Below, piece after piece: positions 15,356 to 24,565 of a stretch of DNA of 64,000 bases (position 1 is the stretch's first letter; each line of letters starts with the position of its first letter). The stretch is from the IMG/VR virus record IMGVR_UViG_3300044522_000179, positions 1-64,000 of that record, one strand, 5' to 3'. The stretch is from a virus. Its lineage: Duplodnaviria > Caudoviricetes. The notes below the pieces were generated by a model, which worked only from the letters and a program-made list of their open reading frames with translations, had not been told where the DNA came from and ran no database searches. The position numbers were made by a program, and so were the translations under genes.

Positions 15356-18300
15356 GTACATCCTCCAATGTTACGGTTCCGTCTTTAGTCTTGCCAAAAT
15401 CAAACTTGTATGACTTTCCTTCTTCGATATGCATGTATGCCTTTGCAAACGATGTAGGAAAAACTGTAATAGAATGTAAGTCTCTGCTTGTATCTGCAAG
15501 TGTAAGAGATGCCATCTTCTTTCCAGTCTTTGTTATTCTTGGCTTAAAAGATACAACAAACATTTCATCATCCTTGTATGGAAGTTGCTTATAACTTAAG
15601 AACTTTACAAGAGCGTGTGATGATTCTTTTATCTCATCTGAAGGTATGAAAGAAACAATCCTGTTATCATTACACAAGACCAGATAAGAACGACCTGTCT
15701 CAATAGTCGTATTTTCATCATCAAATATACCGACACTGCCAGTTTTGTCCAAAATTTCAACTCGTGACCATCCTGTTCCTCGTTTAATTGATTTTACCAT
15801 ACCCATAAAAATGTATGATCCTTTTTCTTCAAAGTCAACAATGTCCTCAATAAATGCATAGTAGTGAGAAGGGATTGTAATGTTAAACTCTGGTAGGTTT
15901 AGATACTCATAAAGATTTTCTTTAATCTCTTGATCATTTCTAGGATTATCATTAAATGTTGCAGCACCAATTACTCTTAGTGCCTGAAGTGCACGGCTAT
16001 TTACTCCGTTTCCTTTTGTGAAGGTAAATTCTTCAAGTTCTTTATACGAATTGAATGGTCGTGCAGATATGTATCTTTCACCAATTTTGTCAGATATGAA
16101 CTTGATAGCACTGAGTCCAAACCTAATACCTTTACCCTCAATTTTAAAATCAATATCCGAATCGTTAATGTGAGGTAACTTAACGCTAATGCCCATTCTT
16201 TTTGCTTCAATAAGGTATTCAGTTCTCGCATCTTTGTCCTTTTCATTTTTTAGCACTGAGTACATAAACTCAAGTGGGTAATAATACTTTAACCATGCTG
16301 TCCAATATGATAGCGTTGAGTATGCTACTGCGTGAGACTTGTTAAATGAGTACCCTGCGTGGGCCTCAAAGTCATGCCAAAGGTCACGGGCAAGGTTTGG
16401 AGAGATAAACTTAGATGCACCCTCTACGAACTTCTCTTTAAACTGATCAAACTCTTTAGCATCTTTTTTCTTTCCAATGATCTTTCTAACTTTGTCTGCT
16501 TCCGACATGGACATACCGCCAAGGTGTACGCATGCTTGCATAACTTGTTCCTGGTAAAGAATACAGCCATAAGTGTCCTCCGTAAATTCTTTTAGTACTT
16601 GGTGGGTATAAGATATATTTTGACGACCATGTTTACGATCAACATAGTCTTTTCCAATAGTATTCATAGCACCTGGGCGAACTAGAGCATTGGATGCTGC
16701 AAGTTCATTCAGGTTCTTAACTCCCATTTTAACAAGAAGGTTTGTGTACGGTGCTGCTTCACACTGGAAGACACCCTTAGTATATCCATCTGAAAGCATT
16801 TGATAAACATTTGCATCGTCCATCTTAATCTTAAGAAGGTCAATCTTTTTACCATCTCGCTCTTTGATTATATCAATTGTATTCTTAAGAACAGATAAAG
16901 TCTTAAGACCCAAAGCATCAATCTTAATCAAACCAATTCTTTCAGCCTCTTCCATGTCAACACCAACAACAGGAATTCTTTCGTCTGATCCTGTAGAAGA
17001 TCTTGTTTCAAGCGGTGCATATCTAAAGATTGGTTCCTTACTTGTTACTACACCTGCTGCGTGAATTCCAGTACCACGAATTCTTCCACGAAGTTGTTCT
17101 CCATAGATCTCTACTTCTGGATACTTCTCACGAAATTCTCTTGTTGATTTTGATGTACAAAAATCATCCCACGAGTCTACAGTCTTTAAAACCTTATTAA
17201 CATCTGATAAAGGAATATTTAATACTCTTGAAACGTCTCTAACAATTCCTTTACCAGTAAACTCAAGGAAGGTAGCAATAGATGCAACATGTCGATACTG
17301 TCTAACTAGATAGTCTTTAACTTCTTCACGACGAGTATCTTGAATGTCTGTATCAATATCTGGAAAGTCATTTCGTTCTGGGTTAATAAAACGGAAGAAC
17401 AAAAGGTTGTGCTCAATTGGATCAATGTCTGTAATCTTGAGTGCGTAACAAACAAGAGAACCAGCAGATGAACCACGACCTGGCCCCACCATAATCTCTT
17501 CCTTCTTTGCCCAGTTAATCATATTACTTACGACAAGGAAGTATGAAGCAAACTTTTTATCCTTAATAATCTGCAGTTCTTCTTCAAGTCTGTCAAGGTA
17601 TTCTTGATTTTCTGACAACCCACGCTCTACCAAACCTTCTAGTGCAGCCTTTGCGAGTTCTTTGTCAGGACTCTTGTACTGTACAGGAAGAAGGTTTAGT
17701 CCTTCTTGAATGCCATAGTCTCCTACTGTATCTGCTAATAGGAGTGTGTTTGAGTATATGTCTGGTCTATCAATACCCTGCGATTCCATGGCTGCTTTAA
17801 TCTCTTCGTATGAGAGCAGGTGAATATCAAATTTGTTAAATGTTATCTGACGGTCTTCGCCGTAGAGATAGTCAAGGCGTTCCATCATGCTGCCTTTTTT
17901 CTTTGACTTCTCGTATGTTGCATCTTTTACAAACTTGCCATGTGTATTCATTAGCAACTTAAACTCTTGTACTTCTTTTTGTGACGAGTCTACATGGTGA
18001 CAGTCTGGTGTTACAACAACCTTAATTCCAAACTCATCTGCAAGTTCTATAAGGTACTTGTTAATCTGTGAATCATTGTGAGGCATGACTTCAATATAGT
18101 AGTCATCTTCAAATCTTTCTTTAAACCACAAAATGTACTTCTTAGCAAGAGCAAACTCTTCTTCTTCAAGGGCTTTAACTAAAACGCTACTTGGACAAGC
18201 AGAGGTTACAATAATTCCCTCTTTATACTTTTCAAGAATAGTAAAATCAAAGCGTGGTTTCTTAAAGAAACCATCTGTCCAAGATAGTTCACTAATCTTA

Positions 18301-18620
18301 TTAAGGTTTTCCAAACCAATTTGATTCTTGGCTAGAAGGATAATGTGATTGTAGACAAGATCTTGTTGACCTTCTCTTTCAGACTTATCTCTTGTATCAG
18401 ATATGTCTGCACACATGTATCCTTCTAGACCTAGAATTGGCTTAATGCCCTTTGCTTTTGCAATACGGTGCAGTTCCCTATGCCCAGATAAAGTACCGTG
18501 GTCAGTGATGGCAATTGCTGGCATCCCTAACTCAACTGCACGGTCAACGTATTCTTCTGGAGTAGCAATCCCATCAAATAAACTAAAATGGGTGTGGACA
18601 TGTAAGCCTACGTAGTTCAT
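15345..18620 (-). CDS. dnaE: DNA polymerase III alpha subunit (family C)
   Basis: LHVHTHFSLFDG PHP domain, GPGRGSSAGSLV, PDIDTD, GIHAAGVV, KIDALGL, YSFNKSHA; start moved to MNYVG. Confidence 0.95.
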   Translation of the reverse strand: MNYVGLHVHTHFSLFDGIATPEEYVDRAVELGMPAIAITDHGTLSGHRELHRIAKAKGIKPILGLEGYMCADISDTRDKSEREGQQDLVYNHIILLAKNQIGLENLNKISELSWTDGFFKKPRFDFTILEKYKEGIIVTSACPSSVLVKALEEEEFALAKKYILWFKERFEDDYYIEVMPHNDSQINKYLIELADEFGIKVVVTPDCHHVDSSQKEVQEFKLLMNTHGKFVKDATYEKSKKKGSMMERLDYLYGEDRQITFNKFDIHLLSYEEIKAAMESQGIDRPDIYSNTLLLADTVGDYGIQEGLNLLPVQYKSPDKELAKAALEGLVERGLSENQEYLDRLEEELQIIKDKKFASYFLVVSNMINWAKKEEIMVGPGRGSSAGSLVCYALKITDIDPIEHNLLFFRFINPERNDFPDIDTDIQDTRREEVKDYLVRQYRHVASIATFLEFTGKGIVRDVSRVLNIPLSDVNKVLKTVDSWDDFCTSKSTREFREKYPEVEIYGEQLRGRIRGTGIHAAGVVTSKEPIFRYAPLETRSSTGSDERIPVVGVDMEEAERIGLIKIDALGLKTLSVLKNTIDIIKERDGKKIDLLKIKMDDANVYQMLSDGYTKGVFQCEAAPYTNLLVKMGVKNLNELAASNALVRPGAMNTIGKDYVDRKHGRQNISYTHQVLKEFTEDTYGCILYQEQVMQACVHLGGMSMSEADKVRKIIGKKKDAKEFDQFKEKFVEGASKFISPNLARDLWHDFEAHAGYSFNKSHAVAYSTLSYWTAWLKYYYPLEFMYSVLKNEKDKDARTEYLIEAKRMGISVKLPHINDSDIDFKIEGKGIRFGLSAIKFISDKIGERYISARPFNSYKELEEFTFTKGNGVNSRALQALRVIGAATFNDNPRNDQEIKENLYEYLNLPEFNITIPSHYYAFIEDIVDFEEKGSYIFMGMVKSIKRGTGWSRVEILDKTGSVGIFDDENTTIETGRSYLVLCNDNRIVSFIPSDEIKESSHALVKFLSYKQLPYKDDEMFVVSFKPRITKTGKKMASLTLADTSRDLHSITVFPTSFAKAYMHIEEGKSYKFDFGKTKDGTVTLEDVHVS

Positions 18621-18621
18621 A

Positions 18622-19275
18622 TTACCAATCAGCGTTTGTTGCTGATGTGGCAGATGGGCCATCAAAGCCCAAGTAGAACGCTTCTTGTTCTGCGTATGGA
18701 ATCTTGCGTAGTGCAGACTCTAGTGGATAAGGCTTGATGTCTCCCCAATTAAATGGTTCCTTATCTGGTGCTGATGGAATAAGTGTGTAATTAGTTTCAG
18801 TTCCCTGACCATTACGCTTTAACTTCCACTGTACGTTTGAAATGCTTCCTGTCTCAAGAGCATACTCACGAATTGTATTGAATGATGATTGCTTGCTAAC
18901 ACCCATTGACCAGATTGCAACATATGGTGCCTCAATACCGTCATCTACAATTACGTTGCAATAGAAACGAAGACGTGCTCGCCAGCCAGCCTTTGGATCC
19001 TTGCGGTGCATTTCTTCAGCCCAGTCACGACCTTCTGTGTCCATCGTGTCTACAGCCTTGCGCTTGTAGTCCTTTGGGTTTGTGTGTTCTGATACAACAA
19101 TTGCTAGTCCACGATCTGCGTTATAGTTTGCTGAATCTTCATCTAGTTCTTCTAAGAACCTAATCTTTACTGATTGTCCGTCAGCAAGTTTTAACCACTT
19201 AACCTTTGGACCATCGCCACCCTTTGGGCCATCTAGTACTGGGCCCATTTCTTTTATTCCTCTTAGTATTGCCAT
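18622..19275 (-). CDS. Probable single-stranded DNA-binding protein
   Basis: WLKLADGQSVKIRF...KLKRNGQGTETNYTL pattern; lies between primase and dnaE. Confidence 0.65.
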   Translation of the reverse strand: MAILRGIKEMGPVLDGPKGGDGPKVKWLKLADGQSVKIRFLEELDEDSANYNADRGLAIVVSEHTNPKDYKRKAVDTMDTEGRDWAEEMHRKDPKAGWRARLRFYCNVIVDDGIEAPYVAIWSMGVSKQSSFNTIREYALETGSISNVQWKLKRNGQGTETNYTLIPSAPDKEPFNWGDIKPYPLESALRKIPYAEQEAFYLGFDGPSATSATNADW

Positions 19276-19305
19276 GTGTTTTCTCTTTTCTTTTATGTTA
19301 TTGTT

Positions 19306-20250
19306 TTAGTTTAGCATAGACTGTATTGATTTGTCAAACTGGAAGTCCAGTTCTTGAATTGACTTATCGTCCATATCGCCTATATCTTTATATTTTTTAT
19401 CTAGTTTAATTACGGATACACGAGAACCAAGTTTTTCAAGTATCTTAGTTTTCATATTTCCACCTGCTTCATCGTTATCCGCAATGACAATTATATCATT
19501 AAAGTACTTTTGAAGCAATTCTATTTGTATGTTTGATACATTGGATCCAAGTGTTGCTACTGCTGGAAAGCCACACTGGTCAAGCCTAATAGCATCAAAT
19601 GATGATTCCACTATGTAAACTTTGCCAGAACTTTTTACTCTATGCAGATTAAATAGTGTCTTAGATTTTGGCAACCCTGGAGTATTCTTAAACTCCTTGC
19701 CTTCAACAGACCTTCCAACAAAGCCAATTGGCAATCCATCTGGACTGTGTACTGGTACAGTTACCATGTCCTGTTTAACTGAGTAGCCCAAAGAAAACTT
19801 TGACCAAGAATCCATATTTATTTTTCTATATTTAAAATAGTTTTTTGCTCTATCGGAAACCAACAATCCATTATATAAACGCTTTAAGACTATCTCGTCA
19901 AATGAAATAAACTCTGGTTTTTTATATAAGGCTTTATCAACGTCTTGTTCAATACTTGTTTCTATTTCTTTGCTCTTGATAAATCTCGCAGCCTCAAAAT
20001 ATGTTCTATTGGACATATGCATAACAAACTCTGTTAATCCAGTAACATGATGACAGGCAAAACAGAAAAATGTACCACTTGATTTATCTATTTCCCCTGC
20101 TGGGGTTCTGTTATTATTGTGATAGGGACAAAAAATTATATAGTCTGAGTCAACCTCTGACTCAATTGTTACACCTGTTCCTGTAATAATTCTTTTGATT
20201 TGCTCTTTGCTATAAGAATTGGCTTGCTTGCGTCTATCCCTACTATCCAT
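19306..20250 (-). CDS. dnaG: DNA primase (Zn finger plus TOPRIM)
   Basis: CPYH...CFAC, IVESSFDA, ATLGS, DNDEAG, KDIGD. Confidence 0.9.
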   Translation of the reverse strand: MDSRDRRKQANSYSKEQIKRIITGTGVTIESEVDSDYIIFCPYHNNNRTPAGEIDKSSGTFFCFACHHVTGLTEFVMHMSNRTYFEAARFIKSKEIETSIEQDVDKALYKKPEFISFDEIVLKRLYNGLLVSDRAKNYFKYRKINMDSWSKFSLGYSVKQDMVTVPVHSPDGLPIGFVGRSVEGKEFKNTPGLPKSKTLFNLHRVKSSGKVYIVESSFDAIRLDQCGFPAVATLGSNVSNIQIELLQKYFNDIIVIADNDEAGGNMKTKILEKLGSRVSVIKLDKKYKDIGDMDDKSIQELDFQFDKSIQSMLN

Positions 20251-20495
20251 TTACTTTTTCTCTTTCCCGTGTATGTTCCGTATATTGTTATTTCAAAATT
20301 AAAATAGTTCTTTATCTCATTATAGTCTATAGTAAAATCTATGTTTATGTCAAGTCTTGGGACATACCCATTAAGACGCATTTCTGATACTAATAGCCTT
20401 TCATATTCTTCTCTTAATCGGACAATAGAGGATTCATCCTGAATGATGCCTTCAAGATTAAACCTTTTAATTGCTTTGTGGTGAAAGTTGTCCAT
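20169..20495 (-). CDS. Hypothetical phage protein
   Basis: ORF track; TATAAT 5 nt upstream of the ATG. Confidence 0.7.
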   Translation of the reverse strand: MDNFHHKAIKRFNLEGIIQDESSIVRLREEYERLLVSEMRLNGYVPRLDINIDFTIDYNEIKNYFNFEITIYGTYTGKRKSKWIVGIDASKPILIAKSKSKELLQEQV

Positions 20496-20507
20496 GCCAT
20501 ATTATAA

Positions 20508-21728
20508 CTACTTATCTTCAAAATCTTTATATCTATAGTATCCCTTGTCAAAATCGCACTGAACAAGAAAGTCACCCATAAATCCATTACGGTTTTTGCG
20601 AAAAGCACATTCAATAATATCACTATTTGTAGCACGTCCTAGGGCCAAAACCCAGTCTGCATCATATGCAATCTGTCTGGACCAAGAAGTTTGTCCAAGA
20701 GTGGGGACGCTATTTAAATCATTTGCATCGTCAGGTGTGGCGGATGAAATAGCAATGATTGGAACTTCTTCACCAATAGCCATAAGTTTTAGTTCTCTAG
20801 AAAGATTCTTCATTCGTACCGTTTCATTATCTGATTTCTGGTTAGGAGCCATCAACTGAAGGTAGTCAACAATTACAAAGTCTGGCTTATACTGATCAAT
20901 CTTTCCACGAAGAACTGATGGATTAATTTCTCCACCTTGGTCATTTGAAATAATATGAAACTCTGGTTTTCCTTTAAGATTTTTTTCATGCCAGTCTTTT
21001 AACATATCCATTTCAACTTCGCCATTGCTTAATTTTCTATGAGACCATCTACCTTCTCCCATAATTGTAAATACACGGTTGCGAACTTCTGTTTCACTCA
21101 TTTCAAGACTAATGACTAATGGGCTACGACCTTGTTTCCAGGCCTGTACAGCAAAGTAGAGAGCCAACCATGATTTTCCAATACCTGGGTATGCAAGAAA
21201 AACTCCTAATTGCCCTGGCATGATTCCAGAAGGAAGATAATTATCAAAGCCTGGAAGTCCAGTCTTAATACCAACGTGACCAAGTGCTTGCTGTTTCTTT
21301 AAATTTTCAAAGTAAGCAATTGCAGACTCTAGATCTGTTACATCAATGTCACGAATTGCAGATGTGTTCTTTTTTAATTCTGAGGTTTTTGTAATTAATT
21401 CATTCAGAGCATTTGTTCCATTGTTATTCTGAATCTCTGTTGCTGCTGATCTAATAATATCCTTTAGGCTATCTGTAAGGTACTCTCCCTGAAGTTCTTC
21501 AAGATGGTGCTTTGTTGCGCCTACTCCCTGAATTGGTTCAAAGTCACGAAACTTTTCTCTAACCAAATCTACTGGTGGCACTGTAGAGTTATTTTCAAAA
21601 TATAATCTTACAAAATTCCAAATATCTCCATGAGTTCTTAGAAGGTTTTCTACATTGGCTTGAAGTAAAACGTGGATTTGTTTATCTTGTAAGACTGCCG
21701 TGATCAACTTTGATTCCGTACTATTCAC
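20508..21728 (-). CDS. dnaB: DnaB-like replicative helicase
   Basis: AYPGIGKS, ISLEM, IVDYLQLM, LSRELK, DADWV, KNRNG. Confidence 0.92.
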   Translation of the reverse strand: MNSTESKLITAVLQDKQIHVLLQANVENLLRTHGDIWNFVRLYFENNSTVPPVDLVREKFRDFEPIQGVGATKHHLEELQGEYLTDSLKDIIRSAATEIQNNNGTNALNELITKTSELKKNTSAIRDIDVTDLESAIAYFENLKKQQALGHVGIKTGLPGFDNYLPSGIMPGQLGVFLAYPGIGKSWLALYFAVQAWKQGRSPLVISLEMSETEVRNRVFTIMGEGRWSHRKLSNGEVEMDMLKDWHEKNLKGKPEFHIISNDQGGEINPSVLRGKIDQYKPDFVIVDYLQLMAPNQKSDNETVRMKNLSRELKLMAIGEEVPIIAISSATPDDANDLNSVPTLGQTSWSRQIAYDADWVLALGRATNSDIIECAFRKNRNGFMGDFLVQCDFDKGYYRYKDFEDK

Positions 21729-22029
21729 TTAGCCACTCCTTTGCCATTCTTCTGCGCTCTTCTCTCTCTTTGTCGTCTTTCTTTTTATCTTTTTGTGCCT
21801 GTAAAATTTTTTCTGCATTATATGTAAAGTGATTCCAAGAAGGAGTCTGTGCAACTTTAAAATAATACTCAAGTATATCGTAGCAACCTGACAAACCGTA
21901 TGACTCTACAAGGGCATCTGATGCCCACTGTTCTACGTTTAAGTTTAGAGATGGCTTTGATTCGTACCTTTCGGCATGATACTTACTGTATCTTGAAAGC
22001 AAAGCCATACGGTCTTTGCGTTCTGCCAT
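21721..22029 (-). CDS. Hypothetical phage protein
   Basis: ORF track; overlaps both neighbours. Confidence 0.75.
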   Translation of the reverse strand: MAERKDRMALLSRYSKYHAERYESKPSLNLNVEQWASDALVESYGLSGCYDILEYYFKVAQTPSWNHFTYNAEKILQAQKDKKKDDKEREERRRMAKEWLSE

Positions 22030-22235
22030 TATTCGTTAATTTCTGCCTTTGCTTCGTTAATCTTTTCAGTTAACTTGTCTTCAACAAATTTATACACACG
22101 CTCAAAAGCATCGTTTGTATTTTCTGCATCACGTTTTGAGTCTACCACTCCTAAGTCCAATCTAAGTGATTGAAAATTTCCCAAGTTTAACGTATATCCT
22201 AATGTTACAGATACTTTAGTTGTTTCATTCTCCAT
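22029..22235 (-). CDS. Hypothetical phage protein (GYTLNLGNFQSLRLD)
   Basis: ORF track; TAATG coupling to the next gene. Confidence 0.75.
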   Translation of the reverse strand: MENETTKVSVTLGYTLNLGNFQSLRLDLGVVDSKRDAENTNDAFERVYKFVEDKLTEKINEAKAEINE

Positions 22236-22249
22236 TTATATACCCTTCG

Positions 22250-22318
22250 CTAAATAGATCCAAACCGAATTGATATGAATCGTTTATCCTATGTTTCCTT
22301 GTATTTAATTGTACCATT
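22250..22318 (-). pseudogene. Decayed duplicate of the last 23 codons of the gene at 23007..23549, retaining an extended -10 promoter (TGGTACAAT)
   Basis: Reads NGTIKYKET*DKRFISIRFGSI* versus DGILTYTRTEDGRYIPIWGESI*; ungapped, 42/69 nt identical by hand count. Confidence 0.7.
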
Positions 22319-22327
22319 TCTGAGCAA

Positions 22328-22996
22328 TTACTGCAACATAGAAAGTATGCCAAATTTATGATTTTTATCTACTACGTACGGAATAATACCTTCTACCACT
22401 CCCTTAGTAAAAACAACTAGTGGCAAATATACTGTTTTATTATTTTTTGAATATTCTTTAACATATTTTGCATTTTCTGGAATATGTATTTTATATTCAG
22501 CACATGACCAATCAACAAAACTATTAGATATCCAATAGGTGGGGTGGACAGAATAAAATGACATTCTACATCCAGGATTAACATGACTTTTTAATACTTG
22601 ATTATAAAAATATGTACCTCTTAAGCCGTCTTTATCTTCATGCTTAGAGTTTGGGGCATCATCAAAGAATATACTATCAAACTTTCCTAAATTTTTTAAT
22701 TGATTTTGCCATGTTCCTTCTACAATAATAACTTTATGTTTTTGATTTTGTGCCCACAAGTAAAGTTTTTCTAGAACAATTGGATTATCTTCAATGATTG
22801 TATGAGTATCTATATTATGTTTTTGTATTTGATTTGCTGAGTACCCTAGGCCAAAACCAATTTCTAAAACATTTCCATACGGATTAAGATGATCTATTAA
22901 AGCCTCCATGTAAGGCTTTTCCCACTCCATCATTACCTGATAGCCAGTGCTATCGATTAATATATCTTTACCATTTTCATCTATTTCATATTTCAT
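22328..22996 (-). CDS. Class I SAM-dependent methyltransferase, GAMT/Rmt2-like
   Basis: QVMMEWEKPYM, VLEIGFGLG, HTIIE, FDSIFFD; start moved to MKYEID (RBS AGGAG). Confidence 0.8.
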   Translation of the reverse strand: MKYEIDENGKDILIDSTGYQVMMEWEKPYMEALIDHLNPYGNVLEIGFGLGYSANQIQKHNIDTHTIIEDNPIVLEKLYLWAQNQKHKVIIVEGTWQNQLKNLGKFDSIFFDDAPNSKHEDKDGLRGTYFYNQVLKSHVNPGCRMSFYSVHPTYWISNSFVDWSCAEYKIHIPENAKYVKEYSKNNKTVYLPLVVFTKGVVEGIIPYVVDKNHKFGILSMLQ

Positions 22997-23006
22997 AAAC
23001 CAACTC

Positions 23007-23549
23007 CTATATAGATTCTCCCCAAATAGGGATATACCTTCCATCTTCGGTTCTTGTATATGTAAGTATACCATCCCCCATTCTTCGCGTCAACTCTTGC
23101 TTGCTGGGCGTAATATCATTAGTAATTAATTTATCTTTTCTTGGTCTTCCAATATGATTTGTAGCAAGTATATCACGTATCTCTTTTACTTGTGATTCTG
23201 AGTAATATGATCTTACTTGAAATCCTCTAGCCCCACCTTTTTGAGAACCCATTGGAAATGGAATAACACCTCGTTTCATTAGTGATGGCATATATTTTTT
23301 ATGACGATTAACTAAATCAGCAGTCTGGCCTACTGTGTATGCTCGTTCTCTTTTATTTTTAAAATCACTAACTAAACAACTTTCAATTTGATCTTTTGTA
23401 ATATTATAAACAGACATTATTCCATTAGACTGATTTAAATGATAAATTCTTACAAGGCTACCATTAAGGAACCAGACCTTTTTGTTTCCTTTTATTACAG
23501 GGAGGCTATTGTAGCCTTCGCTCTCAATTGTTCCTTTTTTAGTAGCCAT
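23007..23549 (-). CDS. DNA-binding protein with a MerR/excisionase-like HTH
   Basis: AYTVGQTADLVNRH...KRGVIP...RSYYSESQV. Confidence 0.65.
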   Translation of the reverse strand: MATKKGTIESEGYNSLPVIKGNKKVWFLNGSLVRIYHLNQSNGIMSVYNITKDQIESCLVSDFKNKRERAYTVGQTADLVNRHKKYMPSLMKRGVIPFPMGSQKGGARGFQVRSYYSESQVKEIRDILATNHIGRPRKDKLITNDITPSKQELTRRMGDGILTYTRTEDGRYIPIWGESI

Positions 23550-23686
23550 CTTCCCTCTTCATAATTTTGTGCTGGATTAAAGAATTTTCTATTTCCACAT
23601 GTAATACAATAAGTTTCCATATGGCTATTTTCACTAAATATCCTGTCAATGAACATTCGCCCTTTGCATCTATTACAGATAAGCAT
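23495..23686 (-). CDS. Small zinc-ribbon protein
   Basis: CNRCKGRMFID...YCITCG. Confidence 0.7.
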   Translation of the reverse strand: MLICNRCKGRMFIDRIFSENSHMETYCITCGNRKFFNPAQNYEEGRWLLKKEQLRAKATIASL

Positions 23687-24129
23687 TAATTTGGTATTCC
23701 AATAATTACCAAGTTAATACCAATGCTTGTGTCGCCTCCAGCATTAAACTTGACTGTACCCTCGACCTTTGAAGTTGAAATACTTTTTAGTGTGACTGTA
23801 ACATCCTTACCAGCATCCGTATTTCCAACGTTAACTGGTGTTGCTGTTACTACTGGTGCAAACTTAAACTCGCTTGGAAAATCATAAAAGAACGGCTGAG
23901 AAGATCCAGCAGTTTGTGTTGTGCTTGTTGTAACTTGAACATACCCTCCAATAATTCTTGCCTCAGATGCTTTGACGCTTTGTTTTCCAGCGTTGGGTGT
24001 GTCTATTGTTACATACTTGTAGGCTGATGGAGATACCTGAACAGAAAGATCATTAATAGCCTTAACAATCTGATAGATGTATGTTACGTCTAGTGGTTGA
24101 CCTCGTTCTGGTACGGGTAATATTGCCAT
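23686..24129 (-). CDS. Probable minor structural/tail protein, leaderless
   Basis: End of the tail module; beta-rich C-terminus; TGGTATAAT (24136..24144) ends 6 nt before the ATG. Confidence 0.6.
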   Translation of the reverse strand: MAILPVPERGQPLDVTYIYQIVKAINDLSVQVSPSAYKYVTIDTPNAGKQSVKASEARIIGGYVQVTTSTTQTAGSSQPFFYDFPSEFKFAPVVTATPVNVGNTDAGKDVTVTLKSISTSKVEGTVKFNAGGDTSIGINLVIIGIPN

Positions 24130-24136
24130 AATATAA

Positions 24137-24565
24137 TTATACCAGACTTACGATTCCAGAGTCATATACTTCTAGGTTTTCTGTAAGTGCTGGATTAATA
24201 GATGATATTTGAACTATAGCCCTTACTGACTGTGTTCCTGTTTTTAAAAATGAATAGTTTTGTGATCCAGATGTTCCTAGATAAGACGGAGTTGCTCCAT
24301 CAAACCCTACAAAGATATCATAGGTTATTTGTATTGAAACTTCTCCTACTGCCCAATTTAGAAAAATTGTATTACCAATAATATTAAGATCTCCTGGGCC
24401 AGTAACAACAGCCTCAGAACCAAGAATAAATATTTTTGAATATGCTGACTTTCTGTTTTTATCTTCTGCTATTAATCTAAATCTTAAAACTCTTGAATTA
24501 GACGATGTTACTTTTCCAAGTAAATCTTTTTTAATAATAACATTTTTTATTCCTTTGTCTGCCAT
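24137..24565 (-). CDS. Probable minor tail protein
   Basis: ORF track; coupled in the tail-tip operon. Confidence 0.6.
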   Translation of the reverse strand: MADKGIKNVIIKKDLLGKVTSSNSRVLRFRLIAEDKNRKSAYSKIFILGSEAVVTGPGDLNIIGNTIFLNWAVGEVSIQITYDIFVGFDGATPSYLGTSGSQNYSFLKTGTQSVRAIVQISSINPALTENLEVYDSGIVSLV

